Assembly: GCA_021774915.1 (NCBI GenBank)
Contig: JAJFIO010000114.1
Location: 1-44,677, forward strand
Reading direction: 5' to 3'
Source: Alphaproteobacteria bacterium
Lineage (GTDB): Bacteria; Pseudomonadota; Alphaproteobacteria; SMXP01
Length of the DNA stretch: 44,677 bases
Shown: positions 1 through 9,786 of the stretch, piece by piece
Numbering within the stretch: the stretch's first letter is position 1
Layout: each line of letters begins with the position of its first letter
Program-made: the position numbers and the translations under genes
Notes under the pieces: generated by a model
The model's input: the letters and a program-made list of their open reading frames with translations, nothing else
What the model was told of the DNA's origin: nothing
Databases searched by the model: none

Positions 1-288
1 ATTGATCCGCGCACCACATCCCCGCTTGACACCGAAAGCATTATTGAAAGCGTTGAGCAGACCGGACGACTGGTGATTGTCGATGAATCCGGACCGCGTT
101 GCGGCATGGCGAGTGACATCTCCTCCATAATCGCGGAGCAAGCCTTCGGGGCGTTGAAGGCCCCCATCATGAAAGTCACGCCGCCGCATGTCCCCATTCC
201 CGCAGCGCCCAATCTGGAACAACTATATATACCGAATGCAGAGCGGGTTATCGATGCCGTTCAGCAAACCATGGAGTACACACGATGA
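1..288 (+). CDS. acoB: Acetoin/2-oxoacid dehydrogenase E1 beta subunit, C-terminal part (5' truncated by window edge)
   Basis: Frame 1 is open from base 1: IDPRTTSPLD...TGRLVIVDE...LKAPI..V..PHVPIP..PNLEQLYIP, a transketolase C-terminal/E1-beta signature. The stop overlaps the acoC start (ATGA). Confidence 0.8.
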   Translation: MDPRTTSPLDTESIIESVEQTGRLVIVDESGPRCGMASDISSIIAEQAFGALKAPIMKVTPPHVPIPAAPNLEQLYIPNAERVIDAVQQTMEYTR

Positions 289-1421
289 GCAACAACCAGA
301 TCACCCCCTTGATCATGCCCAAATGGGGCATGTCTATGGTCACCGGTAAAGTCGTCGACTGGCTGGTGGAAGAAGGAGCAAGTATCGCAACGGGCGATGA
401 ACTGGCCGAGGTCGAGACCGACAAGATCGTCAATGTGGTTGAGGTGCAGGGCAATGGCATCTTGCGCCGCCGCGTCGCCAAAGAAGGCGACGAGTTACCC
501 ATCGGCGCGCTTCTGGGCGTGATCGCGGATGCCGCAATGCAAGACTCCGAGATCGACGCCTTTATTGAAAAGTTTCAGGAAAATTTTGTCCCTGAAGAAG
601 TGGAAGAAGGTCAGACCAACGAACCCTTAAGCGTCGAAGTGGATGGACGCCCCCTTTCTTATCAAAAGGCCGGCCCGGAAGATGCCGAAGGGACACCGGT
701 GCTTTTTATCCATGGGTTTGGCGGCGATTCCAGCTCCTGGATGTTCAATGTAACGGACCTCGCTGCAAGCCGTGCCGTCTATACTCTGGACATGCCGGGT
801 CATGGCGGTTCAGCCAAGGAATTGGGGCCTGATCCGTTTGAAACACTTGTATCCGCAGTATCCGGGTTCATTGAAAAACTTGAATTGGCACAGATCCACC
901 TCATTGGACATTCTTTGGGAGCGGCTGTCGCCATGGCCGTGGCAGTACAAAAACCCAATAACATTGCCTCACTCACGATCGTCGATGCGGCGGGCCTCAG
1001 CGACACGCTCTCTGGTGGATCTTACATTGAAGAGTTTATCAAAGCCGAGCGCCGCAAAGACATGAAGCCCGCCCTGCAAAAACTATTCGCAAATCCTTCT
1101 CTGGTGAGCCGGGAGATGATCAATGAAACGCTCAAATACAAGCGCATAGAAGGCGTTGCAGAAGTATTGACCGCCATCGCCCGTGCCGTCTTTCCAGATG
1201 GAAAGCAGATTCATGTTTTTCGCGATAAACTTGAAGCACTCCCCATGCCGATAACAGCCATCTGGGGCGCTGAGGATCAATTAACCAACCCTGAGGACGC
1301 TCAAGGAATGCCGGAAAATGTCCGTGTCCACATTATAGACAAAGCCGGGCATATGCCTCATATGGAAGCCGCGCCCCAGTTCAACAAGATCGTGAGCGCA
1401 TTCTTCAAGTCGATCGAATAG
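285..1421 (+). CDS. acoC: AcoC-type protein: N-terminal lipoyl domain fused to an alpha/beta-hydrolase domain
   Basis: MPKWGMSM..G, lipoyl-lysine motif EVETDKI, then HGFGGD, nucleophile motif GHSLG and GHMPHME. This is the typical proteobacterial AcoC architecture, and it follows an E1 beta gene. Confidence 0.85.
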   Translation: MSNNQITPLIMPKWGMSMVTGKVVDWLVEEGASIATGDELAEVETDKIVNVVEVQGNGILRRRVAKEGDELPIGALLGVIADAAMQDSEIDAFIEKFQENFVPEEVEEGQTNEPLSVEVDGRPLSYQKAGPEDAEGTPVLFIHGFGGDSSSWMFNVTDLAASRAVYTLDMPGHGGSAKELGPDPFETLVSAVSGFIEKLELAQIHLIGHSLGAAVAMAVAVQKPNNIASLTIVDAAGLSDTLSGGSYIEEFIKAERRKDMKPALQKLFANPSLVSREMINETLKYKRIEGVAEVLTAIARAVFPDGKQIHVFRDKLEALPMPITAIWGAEDQLTNPEDAQGMPENVRVHIIDKAGHMPHMEAAPQFNKIVSAFFKSIE

Positions 1422-1429
1422 AATCTACT

Positions 1430-3514
1430 CTAAAATGAGTGAAAGCTCCCGCCTTGCTTTGCCAATCTTTCAATCAACGGCGCGGGGGTCCACCAGCGTC
1501 CTCCGTGCTGATCCCTTAAGGCGCAGATAATCTCAAATGTTTTCGCCAGTCCCACATGGTCGGCATAATGCATCGGGCCGCCACGATAGCGCGGGAAGCC
1601 GTAGCCATTAACATAGACGACATCGATATCGCCGGAGCGGTAGGCAATGCCTTCCTCCAAGATCTGCGCGCCGATATTCACCAGTGCAAAAATGCAGCGC
1701 TGGACGATTTCATCATCTGAGATAGATCGCCGCGCAATCCCCCGGGCTTCAGCTTCTTGCCCAATGATGGCGTCAACAGCCAAGTCAGGGATGGGTGTGC
1801 GGTTGCCCACCTCATAGCGGTAAAACCCGGCACCGGTTTTTTGCCCTTTGCGCCCCATTTCCACCAGACGGTCATGCACCGCAAAAGCGTTGGCATCATA
1901 AGCGGAAGGATCAAGCGCCTGGCGGATCATAGTGCCGATATCAATCCCCGCCATATCGGTCACTGCAATCGGGCCCATCGGCATGCCGAAATCATAAAGC
2001 GCCTGATCAATCTGCCCGGGCGAGGCCCCTTCGAGCAGCATCAACCCGGCCTCGCGGGCATAACCCTGCAACATGCGGTTGCCGATAAAACCAAAGCAGA
2101 CACCAGCCACCACGCCCACCTTGCCGATGCGTTTCGCCAAGGCGCTCACTGTGCTTAAAACATCCGGCGCGGTTTTGTCCCCGCGCACGATCTCAAGCAA
2201 TTTCATGACATTGGCCGGGCTAAAAAAATGCAGGCCTACCACATCTTCTGGGCGCTTTGTCGCCGCTGCAATCTCGTTGACATCAAGATAAGACGTATTG
2301 GTCGCTAATATGGCGCCAGGCTTCACCACGTCATCCAGAGTCTCAAAGACTTGTTTCTTAACCTCCATTTTCTCAAAGACAGCTTCAATTACAAGATCCA
2401 TGTCCGCCAGGTTGGCATATTCGGTCGTGCCCGAAATGCGGCCCATACATTCATCCGCTTGGGCTTGAGTAATCCGCCCGCGTTTGACGTTTCCCCCATA
2501 GTTATTGCCGACACGGGCAAGCCCGGCGTCGAGCGCATCTTGCGCAATCTCAAGGAGGGTGACATCAATCCCGGCAGAGCTGAACGCCATGGCAATGCCG
2601 CCGCCCATGGTTCCAGCGCCGATGATCCCGACTTTTTTGATGAGGCGTTTAGCCGTGTCTTTGGGCAGATTCGGGATATGACCACAGGCGCGCTCGGCAA
2701 AGAACAAATGCCGCTGCGCCGCTGATTGCGGCGACGCACGTCGTTCCAGCGTGATCTCCCGCTCCCGCGCCACGCCTTGGGGGTAAGGCAGCAGTGCCGC
2801 CTCAACCGCATCGACGCAAGCCTGCGGCGATTCAAAGCCGCGCTTGCTTTTAGCGAGGGACTTACGGGTGTCGTCAAAAAGGCCCGCCGGAATTGACTGA
2901 GGGTCGATCATGATTTCAGAAAGGCGGCGCACGCCCTCGCCTTGCGCAAGAATGTCACGGGCAAAATCCGCCGCTTGCCCCATCAGATCGTCACCAGACA
3001 GCCGGTCGAGTATGCCGAGGGATAATGCTGTGTCCGCGGTGATCTGCTTGCCTGTGGTGATGAGGTCAAGAGCCGCTTTCACGCCGACCAGACGCGGTAG
3101 GCGCTGGGTGCCCGTAGCACCGGGAATAATCCCTAAAGTCACTTCCGGAAACCCGAGTTTTGTTCCGGTGGCAGCGATCCGGTAATGGCACCCCAGCGCA
3201 ATCTCCAACCCACCGCCCAGCGTAAACCCGTGCAGCGCCGCAATCACCGGTTTGCCTGCCGCTTCCAACGTCTCTACCACTTGGCTCAAATGCGGCGGCT
3301 GAGGCCCTTTGTCGAATTCAGTAATGTCGGCGCCCGCCATGAAGGTGCGGCCGCGCGCGGCCAAAATAATCGCCTCCACCCCGTCATCTTCGAGCGCCTC
3401 AACCAGCCCTTCTAAAATACCTTGCCGCACGCCGTGGGAAATGGCGTTCACAGGGGGGTTATCGACCCACACATAAGCCAGCCCATCTTTTACTTCCATA
3501 GAAACCACAGACAT
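1430..3514 (-). CDS. Bifunctional enoyl-CoA hydratase / 3-hydroxyacyl-CoA dehydrogenase (FadJ/PimF-like)
   Basis: Crotonase N-terminus (NPPVNA, FMAGADI, GGGLE, PEVTLGIIPG), then GAGTMGGGIA Rossmann motif, NTSYL, HFFSPA and GFIGNR. Confidence 0.9.
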   Translation of the reverse strand: MSVVSMEVKDGLAYVWVDNPPVNAISHGVRQGILEGLVEALEDDGVEAIILAARGRTFMAGADITEFDKGPQPPHLSQVVETLEAAGKPVIAALHGFTLGGGLEIALGCHYRIAATGTKLGFPEVTLGIIPGATGTQRLPRLVGVKAALDLITTGKQITADTALSLGILDRLSGDDLMGQAADFARDILAQGEGVRRLSEIMIDPQSIPAGLFDDTRKSLAKSKRGFESPQACVDAVEAALLPYPQGVAREREITLERRASPQSAAQRHLFFAERACGHIPNLPKDTAKRLIKKVGIIGAGTMGGGIAMAFSSAGIDVTLLEIAQDALDAGLARVGNNYGGNVKRGRITQAQADECMGRISGTTEYANLADMDLVIEAVFEKMEVKKQVFETLDDVVKPGAILATNTSYLDVNEIAAATKRPEDVVGLHFFSPANVMKLLEIVRGDKTAPDVLSTVSALAKRIGKVGVVAGVCFGFIGNRMLQGYAREAGLMLLEGASPGQIDQALYDFGMPMGPIAVTDMAGIDIGTMIRQALDPSAYDANAFAVHDRLVEMGRKGQKTGAGFYRYEVGNRTPIPDLAVDAIIGQEAEARGIARRSISDDEIVQRCIFALVNIGAQILEEGIAYRSGDIDVVYVNGYGFPRYRGGPMHYADHVGLAKTFEIICALRDQHGGRWWTPAPLIERLAKQGGSFHSF

Positions 3515-3556
3515 GTTTCTTCCTTGTCCTTCTTGAAAGAGGATTCGAATAGAAAA

Positions 3557-4363
3557 TTACGCCTTAAATTTCGGCGGACGTTTTTCTTGGGCAGAGGCAA
3601 GACCTTCTTTCACGTCAGGCAATCTGAACCCGAGAAACTCCAACGCCAGGGACGTGTCGAAATTCGGGCCCGCCAGACGCAGCCAGTTATTGAGCGCATA
3701 TTTGGTGAAACTGAGCGCACTGGCGCTGCCCTCACTCAACTGAAGGGCTGTTTTGAGCGCCGTCTCATAAACTTCTTCGTCATCGACGCATAAAGAGACA
3801 AGCCCCATCTGCTCCGCCGCTTCACCCAAAATCGGCGTGTTGGTCATCAGATGATATTTGGCTTTGGCCAACCCGCACAGCAACGGCCAGATGATCACCG
3901 CATGATCCCCCGCCGCAACGCCAAGCTTGACATGACCGTCGAGAATGCGGGCGTTCTTTCCTGCAATGGAGATATCCGCCAACAAGGCCACCGCCAGACC
4001 GGCGCCGACCGCAACGCCGCGGATAGCCGACACCACCGGCTTGCTGCAATTGATGATATTGTATACGAGATCGCGGGCTTCCTTCCACACACGTAACAAA
4101 ACGGCGTCATGGTCGATCATATCTTCAATGAGGGAAAAATCCCCACCGGAAGAAAAATTGTCCCCCGCCCCGCGCACTAGAACCACTCTTACGGCCTCAT
4201 CGCCATCTATCTCAGGCCAGAGCGATGCCAGATCGGTGTGCATGCGGGCGTCCGCTGCGTTCAGTTTCCCGCTCTTTTCAAGGATGACCTCAAGAATGCT
4301 TGTCCGGGGCTCAGCAAAAGTGAGGCTGGGAAACCGCGCCTGATATTTTTCTAATGTGATCAT
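3557..4363 (-). CDS. Enoyl-CoA hydratase/isomerase (crotonase) family protein
   Basis: [36 protein letters not shown] and C-terminal EKRPPKF. Confidence 0.85.
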   Translation of the reverse strand: MITLEKYQARFPSLTFAEPRTSILEVILEKSGKLNAADARMHTDLASLWPEIDGDEAVRVVLVRGAGDNFSSGGDFSLIEDMIDHDAVLLRVWKEARDLVYNIINCSKPVVSAIRGVAVGAGLAVALLADISIAGKNARILDGHVKLGVAAGDHAVIIWPLLCGLAKAKYHLMTNTPILGEAAEQMGLVSLCVDDEEVYETALKTALQLSEGSASALSFTKYALNNWLRLAGPNFDTSLALEFLGFRLPDVKEGLASAQEKRPPKFKA

Positions 4364-4373
4364 GGGTTAAGAG

Positions 4374-6404
4374 TTAGCCGCGCATGGCGTTCATGGTCAA
4401 GAGATCATAAGTGGCGACGGGCTCTCCCTCCTGGTTAGTCACCTCGACATCCCAGCGCACTTCGCCATAGCCAGCGCCGATCCGCTCGGTTTTTTGCTTG
4501 CAAGTGAGTCTAACCTGGATGCGATCGCCGGGATAGACTGGCTTAGAGAAGTTCAGATTCTCCAAGCCATAATTCGCCAGGACAGGCCCTGGCGCCGGAT
4601 CGACAAAAAGACCCGCCGCCGCGGATAGAATGAGATAACCATGGGCGACCCGGCCCTCGAAAAACGGATTGGCCTTCGCCGCTTCCTCATCCATATGGGC
4701 ATAAAATGTATCGCCGGTGAGAGCGGCAAATGCCTCCACGTCTTTCAAGTTGATTTCACGCGATTCTGTATGCAGCGTTGTGCCGATGGCAAGATCCTCA
4801 AAATGTTTGCGGAAAGGATGCTCGGCACCGGTGATTTCATGCGCCCCTTTCTGCCAGACATCCGTAATCTCAGCCAGCATCGCGGGTGATCCCTGAAGGG
4901 CCGTGCGCTGCATGTAATGCATGACGCTGCGGATGCCGCCCAGTTCCTCGCCGCCGCCGGCCCGACCCGGCCCGCCATGAACAAGATGCGGCAAGGGCGA
5001 GCCATGGCCTGTCGATTCCTTGGCGCAGTCGCGATTGATGAGAGCCAGACGGCCATGATAACAGGCGGTTCCATAAACCATCTCGCGGGCGATTTTAGCG
5101 TCATGAGTAAAAAGCGAGCCCACCAGACTTCCTTCGCCTTTGCGGGCCAGGTCAATTGCATCGTTTGTGCTCGAATAGGGGATCAGGGTCGTCACGGGAC
5201 CGAACGCTTCCACCCGGTGCACCGCTTCGTCCGATCCGCCCTCACGCATCCGCAATAAGGTTGGCGCGACAAAGGCCCCTTTACCCATATCCGCATCGAC
5301 AAGCGGAAACTCCTGTCCGCCGCCATAAACGATCTCGGCTTCTTGCCCCAGTTCGCGAACCCGCGCGTTGACATCATCGCGCTGCGCCAGACCCACAAGC
5401 GGGCCCATGGCGACGCCGTCAGATCGCGGATTGCCGATCACCACTTTTTCCAACCGCTCCGCCAGCGCGCCTTCAACCTCTTCAATGTAATTTGAGGGCA
5501 CGATAGCACGGCGAATGGCGGTGCATTTCTGTCCTGTTTTCACCGTCATCTCCGCCGCGATTTCTTTCACGAAGAGGTCAAATTCAGGCGAGCCAGGCGC
5601 GGCGTCCTTTCCCAGAATGGAGCAATTCAGCGAGTCCGTCTCTGCAACAAAGCGCGTGGCATTAGCCACAATCTCAGGATGGGTTGCCAATTTATGCCCC
5701 GTCGAGGCTGAGCCGGTAAACACCACCGCATCCTGACAGGAGACATGATCAAGCATATCGCCTAAGGACCCGCATACAAGCTGCACTGCCCCTTCAGGCA
5801 CAATCCCGGACTCGATGATCCGCCGAAAAACCCGCTCACTCAAATAAGCACTCGCTGTTGCCGGTTTAACCACCGCCGGAACGCCTGCCAGAAGCGACGT
5901 TGCCAGTTTTTCCAGCATTCCCCAGCAGGGAAAATTAAACGCGTTGATCTGGACCGCAACCCCTTCTCTGGGCACAAAAATATGCTGGCCGACAAAGGTT
6001 CCGTTTCGCGAGACAATTTCCGGCGGGCCATCGACGATATGATGGGCATCCGGCAACTCCCGCCGCCCCTTTGAGGCGTAGACGAATAATGTTGCAAATC
6101 CCCCATCAACATCTATCCACGTATCGCTTTTGGTGGCGCCCGTTGCCAGTGAGAGTTCATAAAATTCGTCTTTGAATTGACCCAAATGCTGCGCGATAGC
6201 TTTGAGCATCAGCCCCCGCTCATGAAATGTCAGATTGCGGAGGTTAGGCCCCCCAACCCCGCGGCTGTGATCCAGAATGCGCCGCATGTCGAGCCCATGA
6301 CTGCTACACGTCGCCACCACGTCCCCGGTCGAAGCGTCATGCAAATCGACAAAACCGCCTGACGCCGTCACCCACTCTCCATTGACATAATTTTGCAATT
6401 TCAC
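4374..6404 (-). CDS. paaZ: PaaZ, bifunctional oxepin-CoA hydrolase / aldehyde dehydrogenase
   Basis: ALDH domain (INAFNFPCWGMLEK, FTGSA, ETDSLN, GQKCTAIRR, EAFGPV, HGSPLP.LVHGGPGRAGGGEELGG) plus C-terminal MaoC domain (GDTFYAHMD, VAHGY). Start placed at GTG 6404 behind a GGGAG RBS. Confidence 0.95.
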   Translation of the reverse strand: MKLQNYVNGEWVTASGGFVDLHDASTGDVVATCSSHGLDMRRILDHSRGVGGPNLRNLTFHERGLMLKAIAQHLGQFKDEFYELSLATGATKSDTWIDVDGGFATLFVYASKGRRELPDAHHIVDGPPEIVSRNGTFVGQHIFVPREGVAVQINAFNFPCWGMLEKLATSLLAGVPAVVKPATASAYLSERVFRRIIESGIVPEGAVQLVCGSLGDMLDHVSCQDAVVFTGSASTGHKLATHPEIVANATRFVAETDSLNCSILGKDAAPGSPEFDLFVKEIAAEMTVKTGQKCTAIRRAIVPSNYIEEVEGALAERLEKVVIGNPRSDGVAMGPLVGLAQRDDVNARVRELGQEAEIVYGGGQEFPLVDADMGKGAFVAPTLLRMREGGSDEAVHRVEAFGPVTTLIPYSSTNDAIDLARKGEGSLVGSLFTHDAKIAREMVYGTACYHGRLALINRDCAKESTGHGSPLPHLVHGGPGRAGGGEELGGIRSVMHYMQRTALQGSPAMLAEITDVWQKGAHEITGAEHPFRKHFEDLAIGTTLHTESREINLKDVEAFAALTGDTFYAHMDEEAAKANPFFEGRVAHGYLILSAAAGLFVDPAPGPVLANYGLENLNFSKPVYPGDRIQVRLTCKQKTERIGAGYGEVRWDVEVTNQEGEPVATYDLLTMNAMRG

Positions 6405-6459
6405 GGTGAAACTCCCTCTTATACAGCATCCCAAAGACTCTGATCACAGAGCCGATTAT

Positions 6460-6499
6460 ATGATACAATATTGATAATATTGCAATATTATTGTATCAT
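6460..6499. promoter_or_regulatory. Putative PaaX operator, TGATAC-N26-GTATCA (site 1)
   Basis: ATGATACAATA...TATTGTATCAT inverted repeat in the divergent paaZ/paaX gap. It resembles the long-spaced TGATTC...GAATCA PaaX operator of E. coli and recurs at 9788-9825. Confidence 0.75.
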
Positions 6500-6518
6500 T
6501 TTAACGGCAAATGAAATT

Positions 6519-6547
6519 TTGACCCGCCTCGCGCCAGTGTATATCGT
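6519..6547 (+). promoter_or_regulatory. Putative sigma70 promoter of paaX
   Basis: TTGACC-N17-TATCGT about 75 nt upstream of the paaX ATG. Confidence 0.45.
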
Positions 6548-6621
6548 AAGCTCTTCCTCCCACCCCAACCCGCACGGCCTGCCCTTCTTGAGGTCATCAC
6601 GATAACGGATCCAGTTCATTT

Positions 6622-7560
6622 ATGTCTCAAGGTTTTCAAAAGACCATCGATACACTTGTGGCGAATTTTGCCAATCAACGCCCGATCCGCACCGGTTCTT
6701 TGATCGTCACCCTGTTTGGCGATGCCATCCTGCCTCGCGGAGGAACAGTCTCTCTCGCCAGCCTCGTCCGGGTTCTTGAAACCTTTGGTCTCAGCGAAAG
6801 ACTGATTCGCACGGCGGCTTTCCGCTCAACTAAAAACGGCTGGTTGACCGCCACAAAAATCGGACGGCAAAGCTATTACAGCTTGACCGAATCGGGGCGT
6901 CGACAATTCGATGAAGCCAGCAGACGGATTTATGGCGATGTTGCTGACACTTGGGATGGCGCGTGGACGCTGATCATTCTTCCCCAAGGACTGGAGGGCA
7001 AACGCGACACCATCCGCAAAGATTTGATCTGGCTCGGATTTGGACAGATTACAACCGGACTGCTGGGGCACCCCTCGATCGATTCAACACCCACAATCCG
7101 GCATCTGTCTGATCATGGCGTTCTTGATCAGGTTATCATCATGCACGCCAGATTAGATCGTGTGACGTCCAATCAATCGCAAAATGACATGGTGCGCTCA
7201 TGCTGGCCTTTAGGCGAAATCGAAGACCAGTACCGACATTTCCTGAAAACCTTCCGCCCGGTCTACAAAGCGGCGCGTTCTTCAAAAACGCTCCCACCCC
7301 ATCTTTGCCTCCTGGCTCGAACCATACTCATTCATGAATACAGAAAAATTATTCTTCACGACCCTCTGCTGCCCCGTGAACTTCTGCCCTCAAATTGGCT
7401 CGGCACTTCAGCCTACCAACTTTGCCGTAATCTCTATGGACTTATTTATCAGAATGCGGACAAATATCTCACGAGTCATCTGGAATCAGCCGAAGGTCCT
7501 TTGCAGAACCCTGGGCGTAATTTTGAAAAACGCTTTGGCGGCCTGCCTCACAGCATATAG
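6622..7560 (+). CDS. paaX: PaaX, phenylacetyl-CoA-responsive transcriptional repressor
   Basis: RTGSLIVTLFGDAILPRGG, GRQSYYSLT, WDGAW, L.WLGFG and LIHEYRKIILHDPLLPRELLP.NW.G motifs. Divergent from paaZ. Confidence 0.95.
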   Translation: MSQGFQKTIDTLVANFANQRPIRTGSLIVTLFGDAILPRGGTVSLASLVRVLETFGLSERLIRTAAFRSTKNGWLTATKIGRQSYYSLTESGRRQFDEASRRIYGDVADTWDGAWTLIILPQGLEGKRDTIRKDLIWLGFGQITTGLLGHPSIDSTPTIRHLSDHGVLDQVIIMHARLDRVTSNQSQNDMVRSCWPLGEIEDQYRHFLKTFRPVYKAARSSKTLPPHLCLLARTILIHEYRKIILHDPLLPRELLPSNWLGTSAYQLCRNLYGLIYQNADKYLTSHLESAEGPLQNPGRNFEKRFGGLPHSI

Positions 7561-7571
7561 AGAATTCATGC

Positions 7572-8630
7572 TCAGCTGTTCTGCGGTGCTTGGGTATATT
7601 GGTCCCCCGGAAGCATTTCGGGTTTGTGCTGCCCAAAATAGCCTTCCGTATGGATAAGCGCCGGTGACGCACCCAAAGCCTTGGTCTTAGCAACACAGGC
7701 ATCGACAAAGTCTGGACTGCCGGCAATGAAAACACTGTGGCGTGAGAGATCCGGCACAACTTCAGCTAATATGTCTGGAATGCGGCCTTGAAAACCATCA
7801 CTCTTTTCCCTCGTTAGGGTGTAGAGGAATTTAAAATTACGGTATTTTTCCTGCCAATATTCCATTAAACCCAGGTCGTAGACATCTGCGCGGGTACGGG
7901 CCGAAAAAAGGATGGTCACAGGATAAGCAAACCCCCGCCGCAGAGCAGCATCCGCTAAAGCCAGAAGTGGAGCCAGGCCTGAGCCCGCCGCGAGGCAAAG
8001 TATCGGCGATTCAACGCCAGGATCTCCGATAAACGTGCCGTAAGGTCCAGAGATCTGAACACGACTGCCTTCATGCAAATCATCATGAATCCAACGGCTG
8101 GTCACGCCATCATCGACACGGGCAATCTGCAAGACGATTTCACCATTTTGCCGGGGCGCATTTGCTATCGAATAAGACCGACTGGGTACGCCATGCTCTT
8201 CAGAACCCATCATGATATATTGACCCGGCCAAAATCTCATCGGCTCACCCACCGGTCTTAGTCTGAGTTCCATGATACTCTGTGTACGTGGCACGCGGTC
8301 AACGACAATATAGGAACTGTTTTCGAGGGGAGGAAAAAGTTTTGGTCTCGCGTCTTCAGTGCCCCATTCGATTTCAAGCACATCATCAAGTGGCTTGGCC
8401 ATGCACATCAGGCCAAAGCCTTTGGCGCGGTCCTCCTGGGACAATGCCATATCCAGCACAAAGCCTTGATCGAAGCGCCCTTGACGCACCTTGATTTTGC
8501 ACTCGCCGCACGCACCCGCCCGACAATTATTCGGCAGCGCGTAGCCCGCAGCTTCCAAAGCAGAGAGCACTGTATTTTCCGGCTGGCATTCAATCTCCTG
8601 ACCGGATGGAAACAGACGAATCTTCGACAT
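7572..8630 (-). CDS. Oxygenase reductase: N-terminal plant-type [2Fe-2S] ferredoxin plus FAD/NAD(P)-binding domains
   Basis: CRAGACGEC...LMC iron-sulfur motif, RSYSIA FAD motif, GPYG, AAGSGLAP, FIAGSP and HTEGYF. Start taken at ATG 8630 (GTG 8636 is an alternative). Confidence 0.9.
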   Translation of the reverse strand: MSKIRLFPSGQEIECQPENTVLSALEAAGYALPNNCRAGACGECKIKVRQGRFDQGFVLDMALSQEDRAKGFGLMCMAKPLDDVLEIEWGTEDARPKLFPPLENSSYIVVDRVPRTQSIMELRLRPVGEPMRFWPGQYIMMGSEEHGVPSRSYSIANAPRQNGEIVLQIARVDDGVTSRWIHDDLHEGSRVQISGPYGTFIGDPGVESPILCLAAGSGLAPLLALADAALRRGFAYPVTILFSARTRADVYDLGLMEYWQEKYRNFKFLYTLTREKSDGFQGRIPDILAEVVPDLSRHSVFIAGSPDFVDACVAKTKALGASPALIHTEGYFGQHKPEMLPGDQYTQAPQNS

Positions 8631-8699
8631 CAGCACCCTTTTTACGCATGAACGTCAGGGATCTTACCTGTCATACCTTTCCGATAAGATCAAGCTGAC

Positions 8700-9725
8700 C
8701 TAAAAAACCGGGATGATATCTTCCATCTCAACGTCGGAAATCTCTTTACCTGTAATACCGACTTCGGGGATGGCGGGAAACTCGGTCCCGTATTTGTCGA
8801 GCACACCTTTGAGGTTCAACATGGCATTGCGCCAGTTTTCTTTCTTCTGGTCATAGGTTGGGATTCCAAAGCCGGCTTTACGCGCCACTTCATCGCATGC
8901 GCGTTGATTGGCAATAAAGTCTTGCGGAATATCCCAGAATTCTTCCGGCGGCTCAAACAAAACACCTGACAGGAACAGATAGCCTGCGCGAATCTGCCTG
9001 GTGATGATCGCCTTGTCCTCATCTTTGAGATGCGGATAATCGCGTTCCATCAGCGACATGCAGATCGCCATGTGCCGCCCCTCATCCCGGCCGATATTGC
9101 GAAAAGCCTCCTGGAAAACAGGTTCCGTGCATCCCGCCGCCATCTGATGGAAAATGGTCGCCGCGGCAATCTCTCCCATCAGAAACGAACTGAACAAAAC
9201 AGCGAGACTGTATTTCGGAACGGCGTTCTTATAGCCCTCCCAATAGCGCGCGCCATTGTAGTAAAGCCATTTAACGTTTTTCTGTGCTCTCAGACCCAGC
9301 TCCGATTTGGGCTCATGGGTCAGGTAACTCGTCGATCCCAAAAGTTTTGTGATTGCCAAGCCGCACATCTGTTCATGGTTCTGCTCATCACGGGTTACGG
9401 AGAAAAAACATCTGCGCACCGGATCCTCTTCGTGGGCCTCATAGGTTTTGATCAGCGCAGCTGCAAAAACCGGCGGGGCAGAAGCATCAAATACAGACAA
9501 GATGGACCACCAATAGGCGATCGCTTCACGCTCTTCCCATGAATATTTCTCGACATCGAACGTATCCCAACTCAATTTCGTCGGATCCCAGTTTTCGCGC
9601 TGGGCGGCTTCCCATATCTCCTCCATCTTTTTGGTTTTGGATTCCCAACTCAGAGGATAGACATTGGGCTGCTGCGTTTCAGGAGGAAACTCAACCTTAT
9701 GGGCGATTCTGTCTTTGGGGCTCAC
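8700..9725 (-). CDS. Ferritin-like di-iron carboxylate protein, putative oxygenase/epoxidase subunit
   Basis: Two ExxH motifs about 100 aa apart (RDEQNHE, RDEGRH) with acidic ligand candidates before each (VFD, MGE), and an N-terminal WDP..L.W motif. Lies directly upstream of an oxygenase reductase. Start placed at GTG 9725 behind GAGGAG. Confidence 0.75.
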   Translation of the reverse strand: MSPKDRIAHKVEFPPETQQPNVYPLSWESKTKKMEEIWEAAQRENWDPTKLSWDTFDVEKYSWEEREAIAYWWSILSVFDASAPPVFAAALIKTYEAHEEDPVRRCFFSVTRDEQNHEQMCGLAITKLLGSTSYLTHEPKSELGLRAQKNVKWLYYNGARYWEGYKNAVPKYSLAVLFSSFLMGEIAAATIFHQMAAGCTEPVFQEAFRNIGRDEGRHMAICMSLMERDYPHLKDEDKAIITRQIRAGYLFLSGVLFEPPEEFWDIPQDFIANQRACDEVARKAGFGIPTYDQKKENWRNAMLNLKGVLDKYGTEFPAIPEVGITGKEISDVEMEDIIPVF

Positions 9726-9786
9726 GGCACGTTCTCCTCGTTTAATCTTTCCCTGGCGGGCCGGATGACCTTCGCTAGGGCGCAAT

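Noticed and set aside
8700-9725. Di-iron protein as ribonucleotide reductase R2, bacterioferritin or a soluble di-iron monooxygenase alpha subunit
   Set aside because: There is no nrdA, and no beta, gamma or coupling-protein genes nearby. It is too long for ferritin and too short for an SDIMO alpha subunit. It is paired only with a reductase inside a paa cluster.
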